DNA of 62,749 nucleotides from Parcubacteria bacterium SG8_24 (GCA_001303185.1 LJNP01000001.1:1-62749), one strand, 5' to 3'; positions 1-9,800 are shown, counted from the stretch's first letter. Notes: generated from the sequence alone by a model not told the origin. Made by a program: numbers and translations.

Positions 1-1238
1 ACCGAATTGTTGGCCATGACGATGCCCGATCCGGCCACGGCCGTGGCCCCGGCGTTCTGTTCGAGCATGATATAACCGCTGCCCAGGGCGTAGTAGAGCA
101 CGCCGGTGGCGTTGTTCTTGATGTAGATGGAGGGGCTGATGTTCGAGGTCGAGACGACCAGGACCCAGCTGCCCTCTTCCCCGGACCCGTTGATGGCCAC
201 GTTGGAGTCCAGGTTGACCGTACCCTTGAAGTTCTCCTGGCCGGGAGCGTCGGCCAGCAGCACCGAGCCGTACTGGCCGAAGGAGGCGTCCAGGGTGATC
301 GTGGCGTTCTCTCCGGCCGTGATGTTGCCGACCACCCAGATCGGGCCGTCCATGATGATGTCGATGCCGTTCCCCAGCGTCAGGTTGCCGTTGATCCGGA
401 TCGGCCCCATCCGTTCCCCGGCGGTCGGGGAATAATTGCCCTCGATGATCCCTCCGGACTCGGCCTGTTGGCGCCAGTAGGCGATATCGAAGGTCGGCAG
501 GTCCTGCCGGGACGGGGTCGGCCGGCCGGACAGGGCGTAGCCGCCGCAGGTGCTCAGGTACAGCGAGTAGTCGTAGAAGCAGTTGCCGGCCACGGTCGAC
601 CGCTGGATGCGGTCGGCAAAGCCGTCTCCGGCGATGGTGCACTGGTTGATCCGGCCGTCTTGCAGGGCGACAATCACGTCATGCCGGATATCGGCCTGGC
701 CGCCGCATTCCACGCTGACCTCGGAGTAGATCGGCCCGTCGATGATGGCGGCATTGTTGTTGATGATCAGGTAGTTGGTGACCATCATGGCGTAGTCGAA
801 ATAGGTATCGAGATAGGGCGCCGACATCTTGATCAGGGCGACCTTGAGGGTGGTTTTCTGGCCGTCGGCGCTCCGTCCGGTGGAGGTGACCTGCCGGTCG
901 CTGCCGCTGCCGGTCAGGGTCACGGTGAACTGGCCGTCGCCGAAAGGCACGTTGGTCTCGCCGGCGTAGTCGTCGCCGTAGGTGCCGCCGCAGTTGACGC
1001 CGCTCTCGGCGTTGAGGCAGTAGAGCGCCTTCTGGATGCCAGCCTCGGCGTACTGCAGGGTATTGACGTCGGTCTCGAAGAATTTGGCGGCGCGGCGGCT
1101 GGAGAGCATGTAGCTGATCAGGCTCACCCCCAGGGCGAAGATCACCGTGACCATCACCGCGGCCGAAATCAGGGCTAGGCCGCGTCGTCGGGCGGCCCCG
1201 GCCGGTCGGTGCCGGGTTATGGCGGGGTCGGTCATCAT
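1..1238 (-). CDS. Large pilus-associated minor-pilin-like protein (PilX/GspK-like N-terminus); 3' end runs off the window
   Basis: Manual minus-strand translation from ATG at 1236-1238: MMTDPAITRHRPAGAARRRGLALISAAVMVTVIFALGVSLISYMLSSRRAAKFFETDVNTLQYAEAGIQKALYCLN... It was checked stop-free from 1238 down to ~660 and read more loosely beyond that to position 1. It is absent from the ORF track because it has no in-window stop. It has a single N-terminal hydrophobic pilin-type helix with no Glu at +5, and starts 5 nt downstream of the preceding pseudopilin gene. Confidence 0.6.
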   Translation of the reverse strand, partial: MMTDPAITRHRPAGAARRRGLALISAAVMVTVIFALGVSLISYMLSSRRAAKFFETDVNTLQYAEAGIQKALYCLNAESGVNCGGTYGDDYAGETNVPFGDGQFTVTLTGSGSDRQVTSTGRSADGQKTTLKVALIKMSAPYLDTYFDYAMMVTNYLIINNNAAIIDGPIYSEVSVECGGQADIRHDVIVALQDGRINQCTIAGDGFADRIQRSTVAGNCFYDYSLYLSTCGGYALSGRPTPSRQDLPTFDIAYWRQQAESGGIIEGNYSPTAGERMGPIRINGNLTLGNGIDIIMDGPIWVVGNITAGENATITLDASFGQYGSVLLADAPGQENFKGTVNLDSNVAINGSGEEGSWVLVVSTSNISPSIYIKNNATGVLYYALGSGYIMLEQNAGATAVAGSGIVMANNS

Positions 1239-1243
1239 CGGCC

Positions 1244-1843
1244 TCAGCGGTTACGCAGGAAGATCGAGGTCCAGGCCCGGGTGGTCACCGTGGCGCCCCG
1301 GGTCACCTGCTGGTTGACCATATAGACCGAGACGCGGCTGGCGTCGGTGATATCGGCGTTGTTGTAGCGGAAAGCGATCTGGATGTTGTTGTCGGCGACC
1401 AGCTTCTGGCCGGTGATCCGATAGCTCCCGGTGGCTGCCTCCGTGTCGGAGAAGATCTTCTCCGGTTCCGTGCCGTCGCGGTAGAAGGCGATGTAGTCGT
1501 AGCTCCCGTCGATGATCTCCCAGGAGGAGTTGATCGCCGGCATCTCCAGTACCAGCTGATCGTCCGACGAGGCGTAGGCGGTGCCGTTGATCGTCTTGGT
1601 TTCGAGCACCTGCGAGGCGCCGCGGGCCATTTCCGAGATGACCCGGCTGGCCAGGATGGCACTGGTTTCGTTGTCGTTGCGGGCGGTCAGTTTGGCGTAG
1701 AGGTCGGTGCTTGAGGCGAAGACCTGGGAGAAGAGCAGCATGATGATGGCGACCACGCCGATCACCACCAGCGTCTCGATCAGCGAGACGGCGCGGGCCC
1801 CCCGGCCGTAGCGTCGTGGCCGGTCCGGTCCGCATCCTTTCAT
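1244..1843 (-). CDS. Pseudopilin (prepilin-type N-terminal cleavage/methylation domain protein)
   Basis: ORF 1244-1876. It contains the motif RAVSLIETLVVIGVVAIIMLLF (hydrophobic helix with Glu at +5). The likely start is the internal MKG at 1843. It lies in the pilB-pilC operon. Confidence 0.7.
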   Translation of the reverse strand: MKGCGPDRPRRYGRGARAVSLIETLVVIGVVAIIMLLFSQVFASSTDLYAKLTARNDNETSAILASRVISEMARGASQVLETKTINGTAYASSDDQLVLEMPAINSSWEIIDGSYDYIAFYRDGTEPEKIFSDTEAATGSYRITGQKLVADNNIQIAFRYNNADITDASRVSVYMVNQQVTRGATVTTRAWTSIFLRNR

Positions 1844-1880
1844 GTCAGGTCTTCCAGGCATAGCTTCAGCGGGCATAGCT

Positions 1881-2861
1881 TCAGTCGGTGATGATGGTCG
1901 ATTCCATGGCGCTCCGGGTGCGGGTCAGGTCGGACCAGGTGACCGTCACCGTGGCCTTCTTCATGTCGGTCTGACCCAGGTAATCCTCGATGGTCAGGGT
2001 GCCGTCACCGTCCGGCATGTCGAAGATGGAGAACCGGCGCCATTCGGCCGGTAACACGCCGGTCGGGTCGGAGTTGAAGTTCCAGGAGTCGCTTTCGGCC
2101 AGGGTCACCACGGCGACGTCATCGAAATCGACGATCGCCCCGTCCAGGGCCAGCAGCGCCAGGTCGCCGGCGGTGAAGGTGTCGTCGACTTCGGTAGTCA
2201 GGACCAGGCTGTTCTTGAGCAAGGCGATGATTTCGTTGTCGGCGTCGATTTCGAGTTCATACCAGACGCCAGTGGAGTAGGTGACGCTCTGCGACCAGAT
2301 CGTGGTGACCGTTCCCTGGACCACCTTGTCCAGGGCGATGCCGTTGGCGGTGAAGCGGTAGCGGTAGTGGTTCTCGGCGTCACGGTAGCGGAAGGCCAGA
2401 CCGACGCCCCAGCCGACGGGCGAGGTGCTCCGGGCCCGGATCTTGGCGGTGAAAGTGAAGTTGTCGCGGTAGTTGCCGGGCAGCACGGCCAGACCGGACT
2501 CGTCGATGAATTCCTCGTCGGTCGCCGTGCCCAGTCTCAGGGCGTTGTTGCCGGAATAGTTATAGACCTGCCAGTCGCCCCGGGTGAAGGGGATGCCCAG
2601 GAAGAGGCCGTCGGTCCGGTTGAGCAGTTCGGTGAAGGGCAGGGTGCGCAGGGTGTCGAGCTCCTCCTGGATGAAGTCGATCGCCTGGACGTCGTGTTCG
2701 GTGCGGCGCAGGAAGAAGGAGGCTACGATCATCGTGGTGAAGATGCCCAGGAGCATGGCGCTCAGGGTGATGGCGATAATCGCTTCGAGCAGGCTGAAGC
2801 CGGCCGGGACGGTCCCGGTCCGGTCCGGTTTACGGAAGGTCCTCATCAGTCGGGAGTCCAT
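1881..2861 (-). CDS. Pseudopilin with C-terminal ConA/LamG-like (DUF1080-type) jelly-roll domain
   Basis: The N-terminus has the canonical G|FSLLE motif: VPAGFSLLEAIIAITLSAMLLGIF. The C-terminal half (GWGVGLAFRYRDAENHYRYRF...VWYELEIDADNEIIALLKNSLV...GDLALLALDGAIVDFDDVAV) resembles the concanavalin-like lectin/glucanase fold signature. Confidence 0.75.
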   Translation of the reverse strand: MDSRLMRTFRKPDRTGTVPAGFSLLEAIIAITLSAMLLGIFTTMIVASFFLRRTEHDVQAIDFIQEELDTLRTLPFTELLNRTDGLFLGIPFTRGDWQVYNYSGNNALRLGTATDEEFIDESGLAVLPGNYRDNFTFTAKIRARSTSPVGWGVGLAFRYRDAENHYRYRFTANGIALDKVVQGTVTTIWSQSVTYSTGVWYELEIDADNEIIALLKNSLVLTTEVDDTFTAGDLALLALDGAIVDFDDVAVVTLAESDSWNFNSDPTGVLPAEWRRFSIFDMPDGDGTLTIEDYLGQTDMKKATVTVTWSDLTRTRSAMESTIITD

Positions 2862-2911
2862 AGGCAGGAAAGAAAGACGCTCGGCCCGTCAGCCGAGCGT
2901 CGCTCCGTAGG

Positions 2912-4009
2912 TCAGGATTCGGCTAGGGCTTGGGTGAGCGTGTACATCGGCTGGATGACCGCCAGGGCCACGCCGCCGACCATGCCGCCCAAGAGCAGGA
3001 TGAGTATCGGTTCGATGATCGAGGACATGCTGTTCAGCGTGTTGTCCACCTGGGCCTCGAAGAAATCGGCGATGTCGCCGAGCATCTCGTCGACCGTGCC
3101 GGAACGTTCGCCGACCAGCGTCATCTGCACCACCAGCGGCTGGAACAGCTTCCCGTGGGCCCCCAGGCTGTCGGCGATCGTCCCGCCCTTCTTGATCTTC
3201 TCGCCGGCGTCGATCAGGGCCGTCTTGTAGTGCACGTTACCGACCACCTCGGCGGTGACCTGGAGGGATTGGACGATCGGGATGTCGGTCTTGAGCAGGC
3301 CGGCCAAGGTCCGTGAGAAGCGGGCCAGGTTGACCTTGCGGGCGATGGGACCGATGATCGGGCTGCGGATGATCCCCAGATGGAAGACGCGCCGGCCGAC
3401 ATCGGTCCGGCTGAAGGAGACGATACCGGCCACCAGGACGCCGAACATCACCGCCACCAGCAGTCCGTTGTTCTGCACGAAATCGCTCACCACGATGAGC
3501 AGCCGCGTGGCCAGCGGCAGCTGGATGTCCTCGCCGAACTCCTTGAATATCCCCAGCAGCCGTGGCAGCACGAAGACGATCATGCCGGTGGTGATGCCGA
3601 GCATGGCCAGTAGGATGACGATCGGATAGGTCATGGCCCCCTTCACCTTGGAGCGCAGCTTGTAGTCTTTCTTCATCTGCTGAGTCAGCTCGTCGAGCGA
3701 CGTCTCCATGGTCCCGGACATCTCGCCGATTTGGACCATGCTGACGAAGATGTTGGGGAAGATCGCCGGGAACTTGGCCAGGCCGGAAGAGAGCAGCTTA
3801 CCGCCCTCGACATCCTCCTTGATGCACATGATGACCTTACGGAAGGTCTTCGATTCCGACTGTAACGCCAGCGTGTTGAGCGCTTCGGAGATGGAAAGGC
3901 CGGCGTGGATCATCACGCGGAGGTTCTCGGTGAAGAAGACCTTGTCGGTCAGCTTGACCGGGGAATGGTACAGCAGCCACTCGTCGATCCTTTCGATGAG
4001 GTTAGGCAT
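2912..4009 (-). CDS. pilC: Type IV pilus / T2SS platform protein PilC/GspF
   Basis: 365 aa with a duplicated T2SSF-type domain and three TM segments. The family-typical C-terminus is LGGMVGGVALAVIQPMY. Its start overlaps the pilB stop at 4009. Confidence 0.9.
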   Translation of the reverse strand: MPNLIERIDEWLLYHSPVKLTDKVFFTENLRVMIHAGLSISEALNTLALQSESKTFRKVIMCIKEDVEGGKLLSSGLAKFPAIFPNIFVSMVQIGEMSGTMETSLDELTQQMKKDYKLRSKVKGAMTYPIVILLAMLGITTGMIVFVLPRLLGIFKEFGEDIQLPLATRLLIVVSDFVQNNGLLVAVMFGVLVAGIVSFSRTDVGRRVFHLGIIRSPIIGPIARKVNLARFSRTLAGLLKTDIPIVQSLQVTAEVVGNVHYKTALIDAGEKIKKGGTIADSLGAHGKLFQPLVVQMTLVGERSGTVDEMLGDIADFFEAQVDNTLNSMSSIIEPILILLLGGMVGGVALAVIQPMYTLTQALAES

Positions 4010-5766
4010 CAGTCCTTGGTTACGCGTAAGACCTCTTCGATGGTGGTCATCGCCTTGACCGCCTTGAAGAATCCGTCCTCGATGAGCTTGACCATGCCGT
4101 TCTCGATGGCCTTCTTGGCCAGTTTGTCGGCATCGGCGTTCTGGTTGATCAGTTCAGCGACATCCGGCGTCACTTCCAGCACCTCATAGATACCCATCCG
4201 GCCCTTGTAGCCCTCGTTGCTGCACTGTGAGCAGCCGGAGCCCCGCCAGAAGGTCGTCTCCTCGACGGTCTGGTCCTTGGTCACCGCTCCGATCCGCTGC
4301 AGCGTCTGCCAGATGGTGTCGAGATCGACCTGTTCCCGCAGGTTGTCCAGGGCGCGTTTCTGCAGCCGGTAGGAACGGACGCAGTTCTGGCAGACCTTGC
4401 GGACCAGACGCTGGGCCACGATCATGTTGGCGGTGAAGGCGATGAGGAACGGTGGGACGTCCATGTCGGACAGACGCGGCAGGGTGGTGGCGGCGTCGTT
4501 GGTGTGCAGGGTGCCGAGCACCAGGTGGCCGGTCATGGCGGCCTGGACGGCGATACCGGCCGTCTCCTCGTCGCGGATCTCGCCGACCATGATGATGTTC
4601 GGGTCCTGACGGAGTAGGGCGCGCAGGCCGCCGGCGAAGGTGAAGCCGATTTTCGGGTTGACCTGGCTCTGGTTGATGCCGGGCATGCGGTACTCGATGG
4701 GGTCCTCGATCGTCGAGATGTTCACCTGCGGCGTATTGAGTATCCCCATGATTGAATACAGCGTGGTCGTCTTTCCGGAACCGGTCGGTCCGGTGACCAT
4801 GATGATCCCGTGCGGCTTGTCGATGTTGCGTTGGACTATCTCCTTGGAAGCCTCGCTCAGTCCGAGCTGGTCCAGGGTCAGGGCGCGGGTCGTCTCGGCC
4901 AGCAGGCGGATGACGATCTTCTCGCCGTCATAGACCGGCAGGACCGAGACGCGGGCGGAGAATTTATAGTTGGGGTTCTCGATCTTGAAACGTCCGTCCT
5001 GCGGCAGCCGGTGCTCGTCGAGCTTGAGCACGGAGAGGATCTTGATGCGGGCCACGATGCCGGGCGCCACCAACTTGGGGAAGGTCATGACCGGCCGGAG
5101 CACGCCGTCGACGCGGAAACGGACGACCACTTCCAGTTCGGCCGGCTCGATATGGATGTCCGAAGCCCCTTCCAGGATGGCGTGTTCCAGGATCGAGTCG
5201 ACCACGCGGACGATGGGGATGTCCTCGGCCAGCTTGGAGAGCTCCTGTTCCTCCTCGGCCGAGGTCTTGTCGCCCTTCTTGGGGATGGAGGTAAGCGAGC
5301 CCAGTTCGGCGCGCAGGCTCTGGCGGTACTGCTTGATCGCCGCGTCGAAGGAGGCGGGATTGGTGTAATAGACTTTGACCCGGAGGTTCGACTTGCGTTT
5401 GATGAACTCGAAGGTCTGGAGGTCGGTCGGCTCCATGGTGGCGATGCGCAGCTCCTCGGGCGTCTTCTCGAAGGCGATGACCTTATGGGACTGGGCGATC
5501 GGCTCGGGGATGAGGAAGAGGATGTCCTGCCTGATCGGCTGGTCGCGCAGGTTGACGTAAGGCAGCTTATAGTACTGTGCGGCGATGCGATAAAGCATCT
5601 CCTCAGGCATCTTCTTGACCTTGAGCAGGTAGGATTCGAGCGATATCTTGGCGTCGTGCTCCTTGGCCTCCTTGACCAGGGCGGCGACACCCTCCTTGTT
5701 GAAGGTGCCGGTCTCCAGGAGGATATCCTTGAGGAGTTTGTCGTCCAACATAATAGGTATATTCAT
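4009..5766 (-). CDS. pilB: Type IV pilus assembly ATPase PilB/GspE
   Basis: Walker A GPTGSGKTT, Walker B/Asp box IIMVGEIRD, His box GHLVLGTLHTNDA and the tetracysteine motif CQNC...CSQC. Confidence 0.93.
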   Translation of the reverse strand: MNIPIMLDDKLLKDILLETGTFNKEGVAALVKEAKEHDAKISLESYLLKVKKMPEEMLYRIAAQYYKLPYVNLRDQPIRQDILFLIPEPIAQSHKVIAFEKTPEELRIATMEPTDLQTFEFIKRKSNLRVKVYYTNPASFDAAIKQYRQSLRAELGSLTSIPKKGDKTSAEEEQELSKLAEDIPIVRVVDSILEHAILEGASDIHIEPAELEVVVRFRVDGVLRPVMTFPKLVAPGIVARIKILSVLKLDEHRLPQDGRFKIENPNYKFSARVSVLPVYDGEKIVIRLLAETTRALTLDQLGLSEASKEIVQRNIDKPHGIIMVTGPTGSGKTTTLYSIMGILNTPQVNISTIEDPIEYRMPGINQSQVNPKIGFTFAGGLRALLRQDPNIIMVGEIRDEETAGIAVQAAMTGHLVLGTLHTNDAATTLPRLSDMDVPPFLIAFTANMIVAQRLVRKVCQNCVRSYRLQKRALDNLREQVDLDTIWQTLQRIGAVTKDQTVEETTFWRGSGCSQCSNEGYKGRMGIYEVLEVTPDVAELINQNADADKLAKKAIENGMVKLIEDGFFKAVKAMTTIEEVLRVTKD

Positions 5767-5886
5767 TTTACCATATTTTCAGCCGGTCTTGCACTGTGGA
5801 CGACCGGGCCGGTCAGGCTCATGGTACCCATCGGGCGACCTTGCCTCCGGCCCCTTCAAGTGGTACCGTGCCAGCCGTAAGGGACT

Positions 5887-6264
5887 ATGTCAGGGACACT
5901 GCAGAGATGGCGTCAGCGTTTCGGCCTCAAGGACCGTCCGTCCAGGATCATGGCGGCCGTCGCTTTGGCGATTCTGGCCTTCCACTGGATCGCGATCTTC
6001 TCCTTCATCCTGCCCCGGACCGGACGCCTGGATTTCCTGCGCCTGCACTATACGGCCGCCCTCGGGGTGGACTGGGTCGGCGTCTGGTGGATGATTTTCG
6101 TCTTTCCGCTGCTCGGTCTGCTGACGCTATTAATCAACGGGCTGTTGTCGGGTATACTTTCAAGGAAGCAGCCGCTCTACGGCTTGATGATCCTCGGGGC
6201 GACCGTCTGCCTGGAGATCGTCCTGGCGATAGGCGGCGGCGCGGCAGTGCTGCTGAACAGCTGA
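5887..6264 (+). CDS. Small polytopic membrane protein, unknown function
   Basis: 125 aa with 3-4 hydrophobic helices (AAVALAILAFHWIAIFSFIL, VWWMIFVFPLLGLLTLLINGLL, LMILGATVCLEIVLAIGGG). It is more protein-like than the overlapping Arg/Pro-rich N-terminal extension of ORF 5796-7376. Confidence 0.45.
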   Translation: MSGTLQRWRQRFGLKDRPSRIMAAVALAILAFHWIAIFSFILPRTGRLDFLRLHYTAALGVDWVGVWWMIFVFPLLGLLTLLINGLLSGILSRKQPLYGLMILGATVCLEIVLAIGGGAAVLLNS

Positions 6265-6323
6265 TCGGATCCTGGCCAGGCGGCTTTGGCCGGCGTGATA
6301 GGCGGCCTCTGACCTTATCGTCG

Positions 6324-7376
6324 ATGGAACTCCTCTCCATAATCAAGATCTTCTTCCTGACGTCGCTGTCCTTCCTGACGGCCTTCCTCTGGACGCCGGC
6401 CCTGACCCATGTCCTGTACAAGTACCGGCTGGGCAAGCAGATCAGGGATGGTGGAGCGGCCCCCATCTTCTACAAGCTGCACAAAGGCAAGGCCGGGACC
6501 CCGACCATGGGCGGCATACTGGTGTGGCTGACCGTCCTGCTCCTGGCCCTGTTTTTCTATTACGGGGAGATGCTCGGTGGCGGGGGATTCTTCTCCGTGT
6601 TCAATTTCCTGTCGCGTCAACAGACGCTCCTGCCGCTCGGCGCGTTAGTCGCCTCGGCGCTGGTCGGCCTGCTCGACGACTACTACAACGTCAAACGGAT
6701 CGGTCCGAACGGCGGCGGCCTGAAGATGCGGCACCGCCTGATCGTCTATACGCTGATCGCTGCCGTCGGCGCCCTCTGGTTCTATTATAAGCTGGATTGG
6801 GACCTGTTGCGGGTGCCGTTCGTCGGCAATTTCAACATCGGCTGGTGGTATATCCCGGCGTTCATCCTGGTCATCGTGGCCACGGCCTTCTCGGTCAATG
6901 AGACCGACGGTCTGGACGGGCTGGCCGGCGGCGTCCTGCTGTCCTGTTTCGCCAGCTACGGGGCGATAGCCTTCCTTCAGGGTCGGGTGGACCTGGCCGC
7001 CTTCTGCGGGGTCATCGTCGGGGCGCTTCTGGCTTTCCTGTGGTTCAACATCAACCCGGCACGTTTCTTCATGGGCGACACCGGAGCGATGTCCCTCGGC
7101 GTGACTTTGGGGGTCGTGGCCATGCTCACCAACATGGCGCTGCTCCTGCCGATCATCGGCTTCGTCCTGGTGCTGGAGTCCCTGTCGGTGATCATCCAGG
7201 TGAGCTCCAAGAAGCTGCGCGGCAAGAAGGTGTTCCGTTCGGCGCCGATCCATCATCATCTCGAGGCCATCGGCTGGCCGGAGCCGAAGATCGTCATGCG
7301 CTTCTGGATCATCACCGCCGTGACTGCGGTCGTCGGTCTCATCGCGGCCCTCATTGACATCGGCTTCTTCTCCTGA
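6324..7376 (+). CDS. mraY: Phospho-N-acetylmuramoyl-pentapeptide transferase MraY
   Basis: In-frame internal start MELLSIIKIFFLTSL of ORF 5796-7376. Motifs NETDGLDGLA, MGDTGAMSLG and PIHHHLE. Confidence 0.92.
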   Translation: MELLSIIKIFFLTSLSFLTAFLWTPALTHVLYKYRLGKQIRDGGAAPIFYKLHKGKAGTPTMGGILVWLTVLLLALFFYYGEMLGGGGFFSVFNFLSRQQTLLPLGALVASALVGLLDDYYNVKRIGPNGGGLKMRHRLIVYTLIAAVGALWFYYKLDWDLLRVPFVGNFNIGWWYIPAFILVIVATAFSVNETDGLDGLAGGVLLSCFASYGAIAFLQGRVDLAAFCGVIVGALLAFLWFNINPARFFMGDTGAMSLGVTLGVVAMLTNMALLLPIIGFVLVLESLSVIIQVSSKKLRGKKVFRSAPIHHHLEAIGWPEPKIVMRFWIITAVTAVVGLIAALIDIGFFS

Positions 7377-7409
7377 AGACGTCACTACCGATGAATTAAT
7401 CCAGCCATC

Positions 7410-9800
7410 ATGCAGAACAAGGACAACGAAATCTCACGGGAATTCTTCGGCGGCAAGTCCTCCAAGGAGGCGCCGCTCATCCCGTTGCGCGACACCGTGG
7501 TCTTTCCGCATATCGCCCTGCCCATCATCGTCAAGCGTCAGATCTCGGTCCGGGCCCTGGAGGAGGCGATGCGGCGGAACCGCACCCTGGTGATGGTGGC
7601 CCAGCGCGACGAGGATTCGGACAGTCCGGAACGGTCGGACCTGCATGACGTCGGGACCCTGGTCAAGGTCCGGGAACTGGTCAAGCAGAAGGACGACACG
7701 GTCCGCGTCCTGGTGGAAGGGCTGTTCCGGGTCCGGGTCAAGGATTTCGTCGTCGCCGAACCGTTCATCAACGCATCGGTGGAGCCGTTCCCGCCGCCGT
7801 CGGTCAAGAAGACCGAACGGATCGAGGCATTGATGTACAGCGTGCTCAATCAGTTCCGGCGGATCGTCAACATGGGAGCCAACGTGCCCTTCGACGTGCT
7901 GCTGGTGATCCTGAACGTGACCGATCCCTGGATGCTCGGTGACCTGATCGGCGCCAACGTCGACATGAAGGTCGCCGAGAAGCAGGCCATCCTGGAGGCG
8001 GCCACCATCGAGGAGAAACTCGACCGGGTCGGTCAGGCGCTGAACCGTCAGGTCAAGGTGCTGCAGATAGCCTCGAAGATCCAGGCCGAGACCGGGAAGG
8101 AGTTGGATAAGATGCAGCGGGAGATGTTCCTGCGGGAGCAGATGAAATCGATCGAGAAGGAACTGGAGAACCTCGGCACCAAGGCCGAGGCCGACGACAT
8201 CAAGGAGAGGATCGAACAGGCCCAGATGCCGCCCGAGGTCAAGGAGAAGGCGCTCAAGGAATACGGGCGCCTGCAGGGCATGCCGTCCTTCAGTCCAGAG
8301 ATCTCCTATATCAGGACCTATCTGGAATGGCTGTGTGATCTGCCTTGGTCGGTGAAGGACCGGTCGGAGATCGACATCAAGGAAGCCAAAAGGATTCTCG
8401 ACGAGGACCATTACGGACTGGACAAGCCCAAGGAGCGGGTCACCGAGTATTTGGCGGTACAGAAACTGGTCGGCAAGATCCGAGGACCGATTCTCTGTTT
8501 CGTCGGGCCGCCGGGCACCGGTAAGACCTCCATCGGCAAGTCGATCGCCCGGTCGCTGGGACGTAAGTTCCATCGGATCAGTCTGGGGGGCATCCGGGAC
8601 GAGGCCGAGATACGCGGACACCGCCGCACCTATGTAGGGGCCCTGCCCGGCCGCATCATCCAGGGCATCGCCACGGTCAAGACCAGCAATCCGGTGTTCA
8701 TGCTCGACGAGATCGACAAGGTCGGAGCCGATTTCCGGGGTGACCCTTCGGCGGCGCTGCTCGAAGCCCTTGACCCGGAGCAGAACAACGCCTTCTCCGA
8801 CCATTATCTCGAGGTACCGTTCGACCTGTCGGATACCATGTTCATCACCACGGCCAACGTGCTGGATACGGTCCCGCCGGCGCTCCGCGATCGGATGGAG
8901 GTGATCGAGTTCCCCGGCTATACCGAGGAAGAGAAACTCCATATCGCCAAGGACCACCTGATACCCAAGGTGCTGAAGGACAACGGGCTGACCGACGGCC
9001 AGTGCCGGTTTACCGACCAGGCGATCCGTGAGATCATCCGGTTCTATACGCGGGAAGCCGGAGTGCGCAACCTGGAGCGGTCACTCTCGTCGGTCTGCCG
9101 TAAGATCGCCAAGAAGGTCGCCGGCGGCGGCAAGGTCGGACGGAAGGTCGGTCTCAAGGAGATCGAGAGGTATCTCGGCCCCCACAAGTTCAGTCATCTG
9201 CTGGCCGAAGAACACGATTCCGTGGGCGTGGTCACCGGACTGGCCTGGACCGAGAGCGGCGGCGAGATCATCCAGATCGAGGCGACCCGGATGCCCGGCA
9301 AGGGCGAACTGATCCTGACCGGCCATCTGGGTGACGTGATGCGCGAATCGGCCCGGGCCGCCCACTCCTTCGCCCGCAGCCTGACCGACGGGCTCAGGGT
9401 GAAGGGTGATTTTCCCAAGGACAGCGATATCCATATCCACGTCCCGGCCGGCGCCATACCCAAGGACGGACCTTCAGCCGGTATCGCCATGGCCACGGCG
9501 CTGGTCTCCATACTGTCGGGTCGCCAGGTCGACCGGACCGTCGGCATGACCGGAGAGATCACGTTGCGCGGACGGGTATTGGAGATCGGCGGCATCAAGG
9601 AGAAGGTCCTGGCCGCCCACCGCGCCGGGTTGAAGAAGGTCCTGTTGCCGGAGGATAACCGCAAGGACCTGGTCGACGTTCCGGAAGAGATCCGTGAATC
9701 CCTCAAGTTCGTCTTCGTGAAGGAGATGAAAGAGGTGTTGGATGCCGCCCTGAGACAGCCGAGGAAATCGGCCGGACGGAAGACGGGCGGCCGTAAGTGA
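7410..9800 (+). CDS. lon: ATP-dependent Lon protease
   Basis: 796 aa with a LON N-domain, AAA+ Walker A GPPGTGKTS, a protease domain with the catalytic Ser motif PKDGPSAG, and TGEITLRG. Confidence 0.97.
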   Translation: MQNKDNEISREFFGGKSSKEAPLIPLRDTVVFPHIALPIIVKRQISVRALEEAMRRNRTLVMVAQRDEDSDSPERSDLHDVGTLVKVRELVKQKDDTVRVLVEGLFRVRVKDFVVAEPFINASVEPFPPPSVKKTERIEALMYSVLNQFRRIVNMGANVPFDVLLVILNVTDPWMLGDLIGANVDMKVAEKQAILEAATIEEKLDRVGQALNRQVKVLQIASKIQAETGKELDKMQREMFLREQMKSIEKELENLGTKAEADDIKERIEQAQMPPEVKEKALKEYGRLQGMPSFSPEISYIRTYLEWLCDLPWSVKDRSEIDIKEAKRILDEDHYGLDKPKERVTEYLAVQKLVGKIRGPILCFVGPPGTGKTSIGKSIARSLGRKFHRISLGGIRDEAEIRGHRRTYVGALPGRIIQGIATVKTSNPVFMLDEIDKVGADFRGDPSAALLEALDPEQNNAFSDHYLEVPFDLSDTMFITTANVLDTVPPALRDRMEVIEFPGYTEEEKLHIAKDHLIPKVLKDNGLTDGQCRFTDQAIREIIRFYTREAGVRNLERSLSSVCRKIAKKVAGGGKVGRKVGLKEIERYLGPHKFSHLLAEEHDSVGVVTGLAWTESGGEIIQIEATRMPGKGELILTGHLGDVMRESARAAHSFARSLTDGLRVKGDFPKDSDIHIHVPAGAIPKDGPSAGIAMATALVSILSGRQVDRTVGMTGEITLRGRVLEIGGIKEKVLAAHRAGLKKVLLPEDNRKDLVDVPEEIRESLKFVFVKEMKEVLDAALRQPRKSAGRKTGGRK

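Noticed and set aside
5796-6323. N-terminal 176-aa extension of the mraY ORF.
   Set aside because: The extension is Arg/Pro/Gly-rich and unlike MraY. The in-frame MELLSIIKIFFL start at 6324 gives a normal-length MraY. A separate membrane-protein ORF (5887-6264) fits the region better.
7434-8957. 507-aa minus-strand ORF antisense to lon. Similar long antisense ORFs: 468-1178(+), 2367-3230(+), 4810-5880(+), 20265-21962(-), 22065-23096(+), 35393-36493(-), 46036-47607(+), 57188-58801(-), 60788-61846(-).
   Set aside because: They are shadow ORFs typical of GC-rich DNA. Their sequences are Arg/Gly/Pro/His/Asp-rich and low-complexity with no motifs. Each fully overlaps a gene on the other strand that carries clear family signatures.
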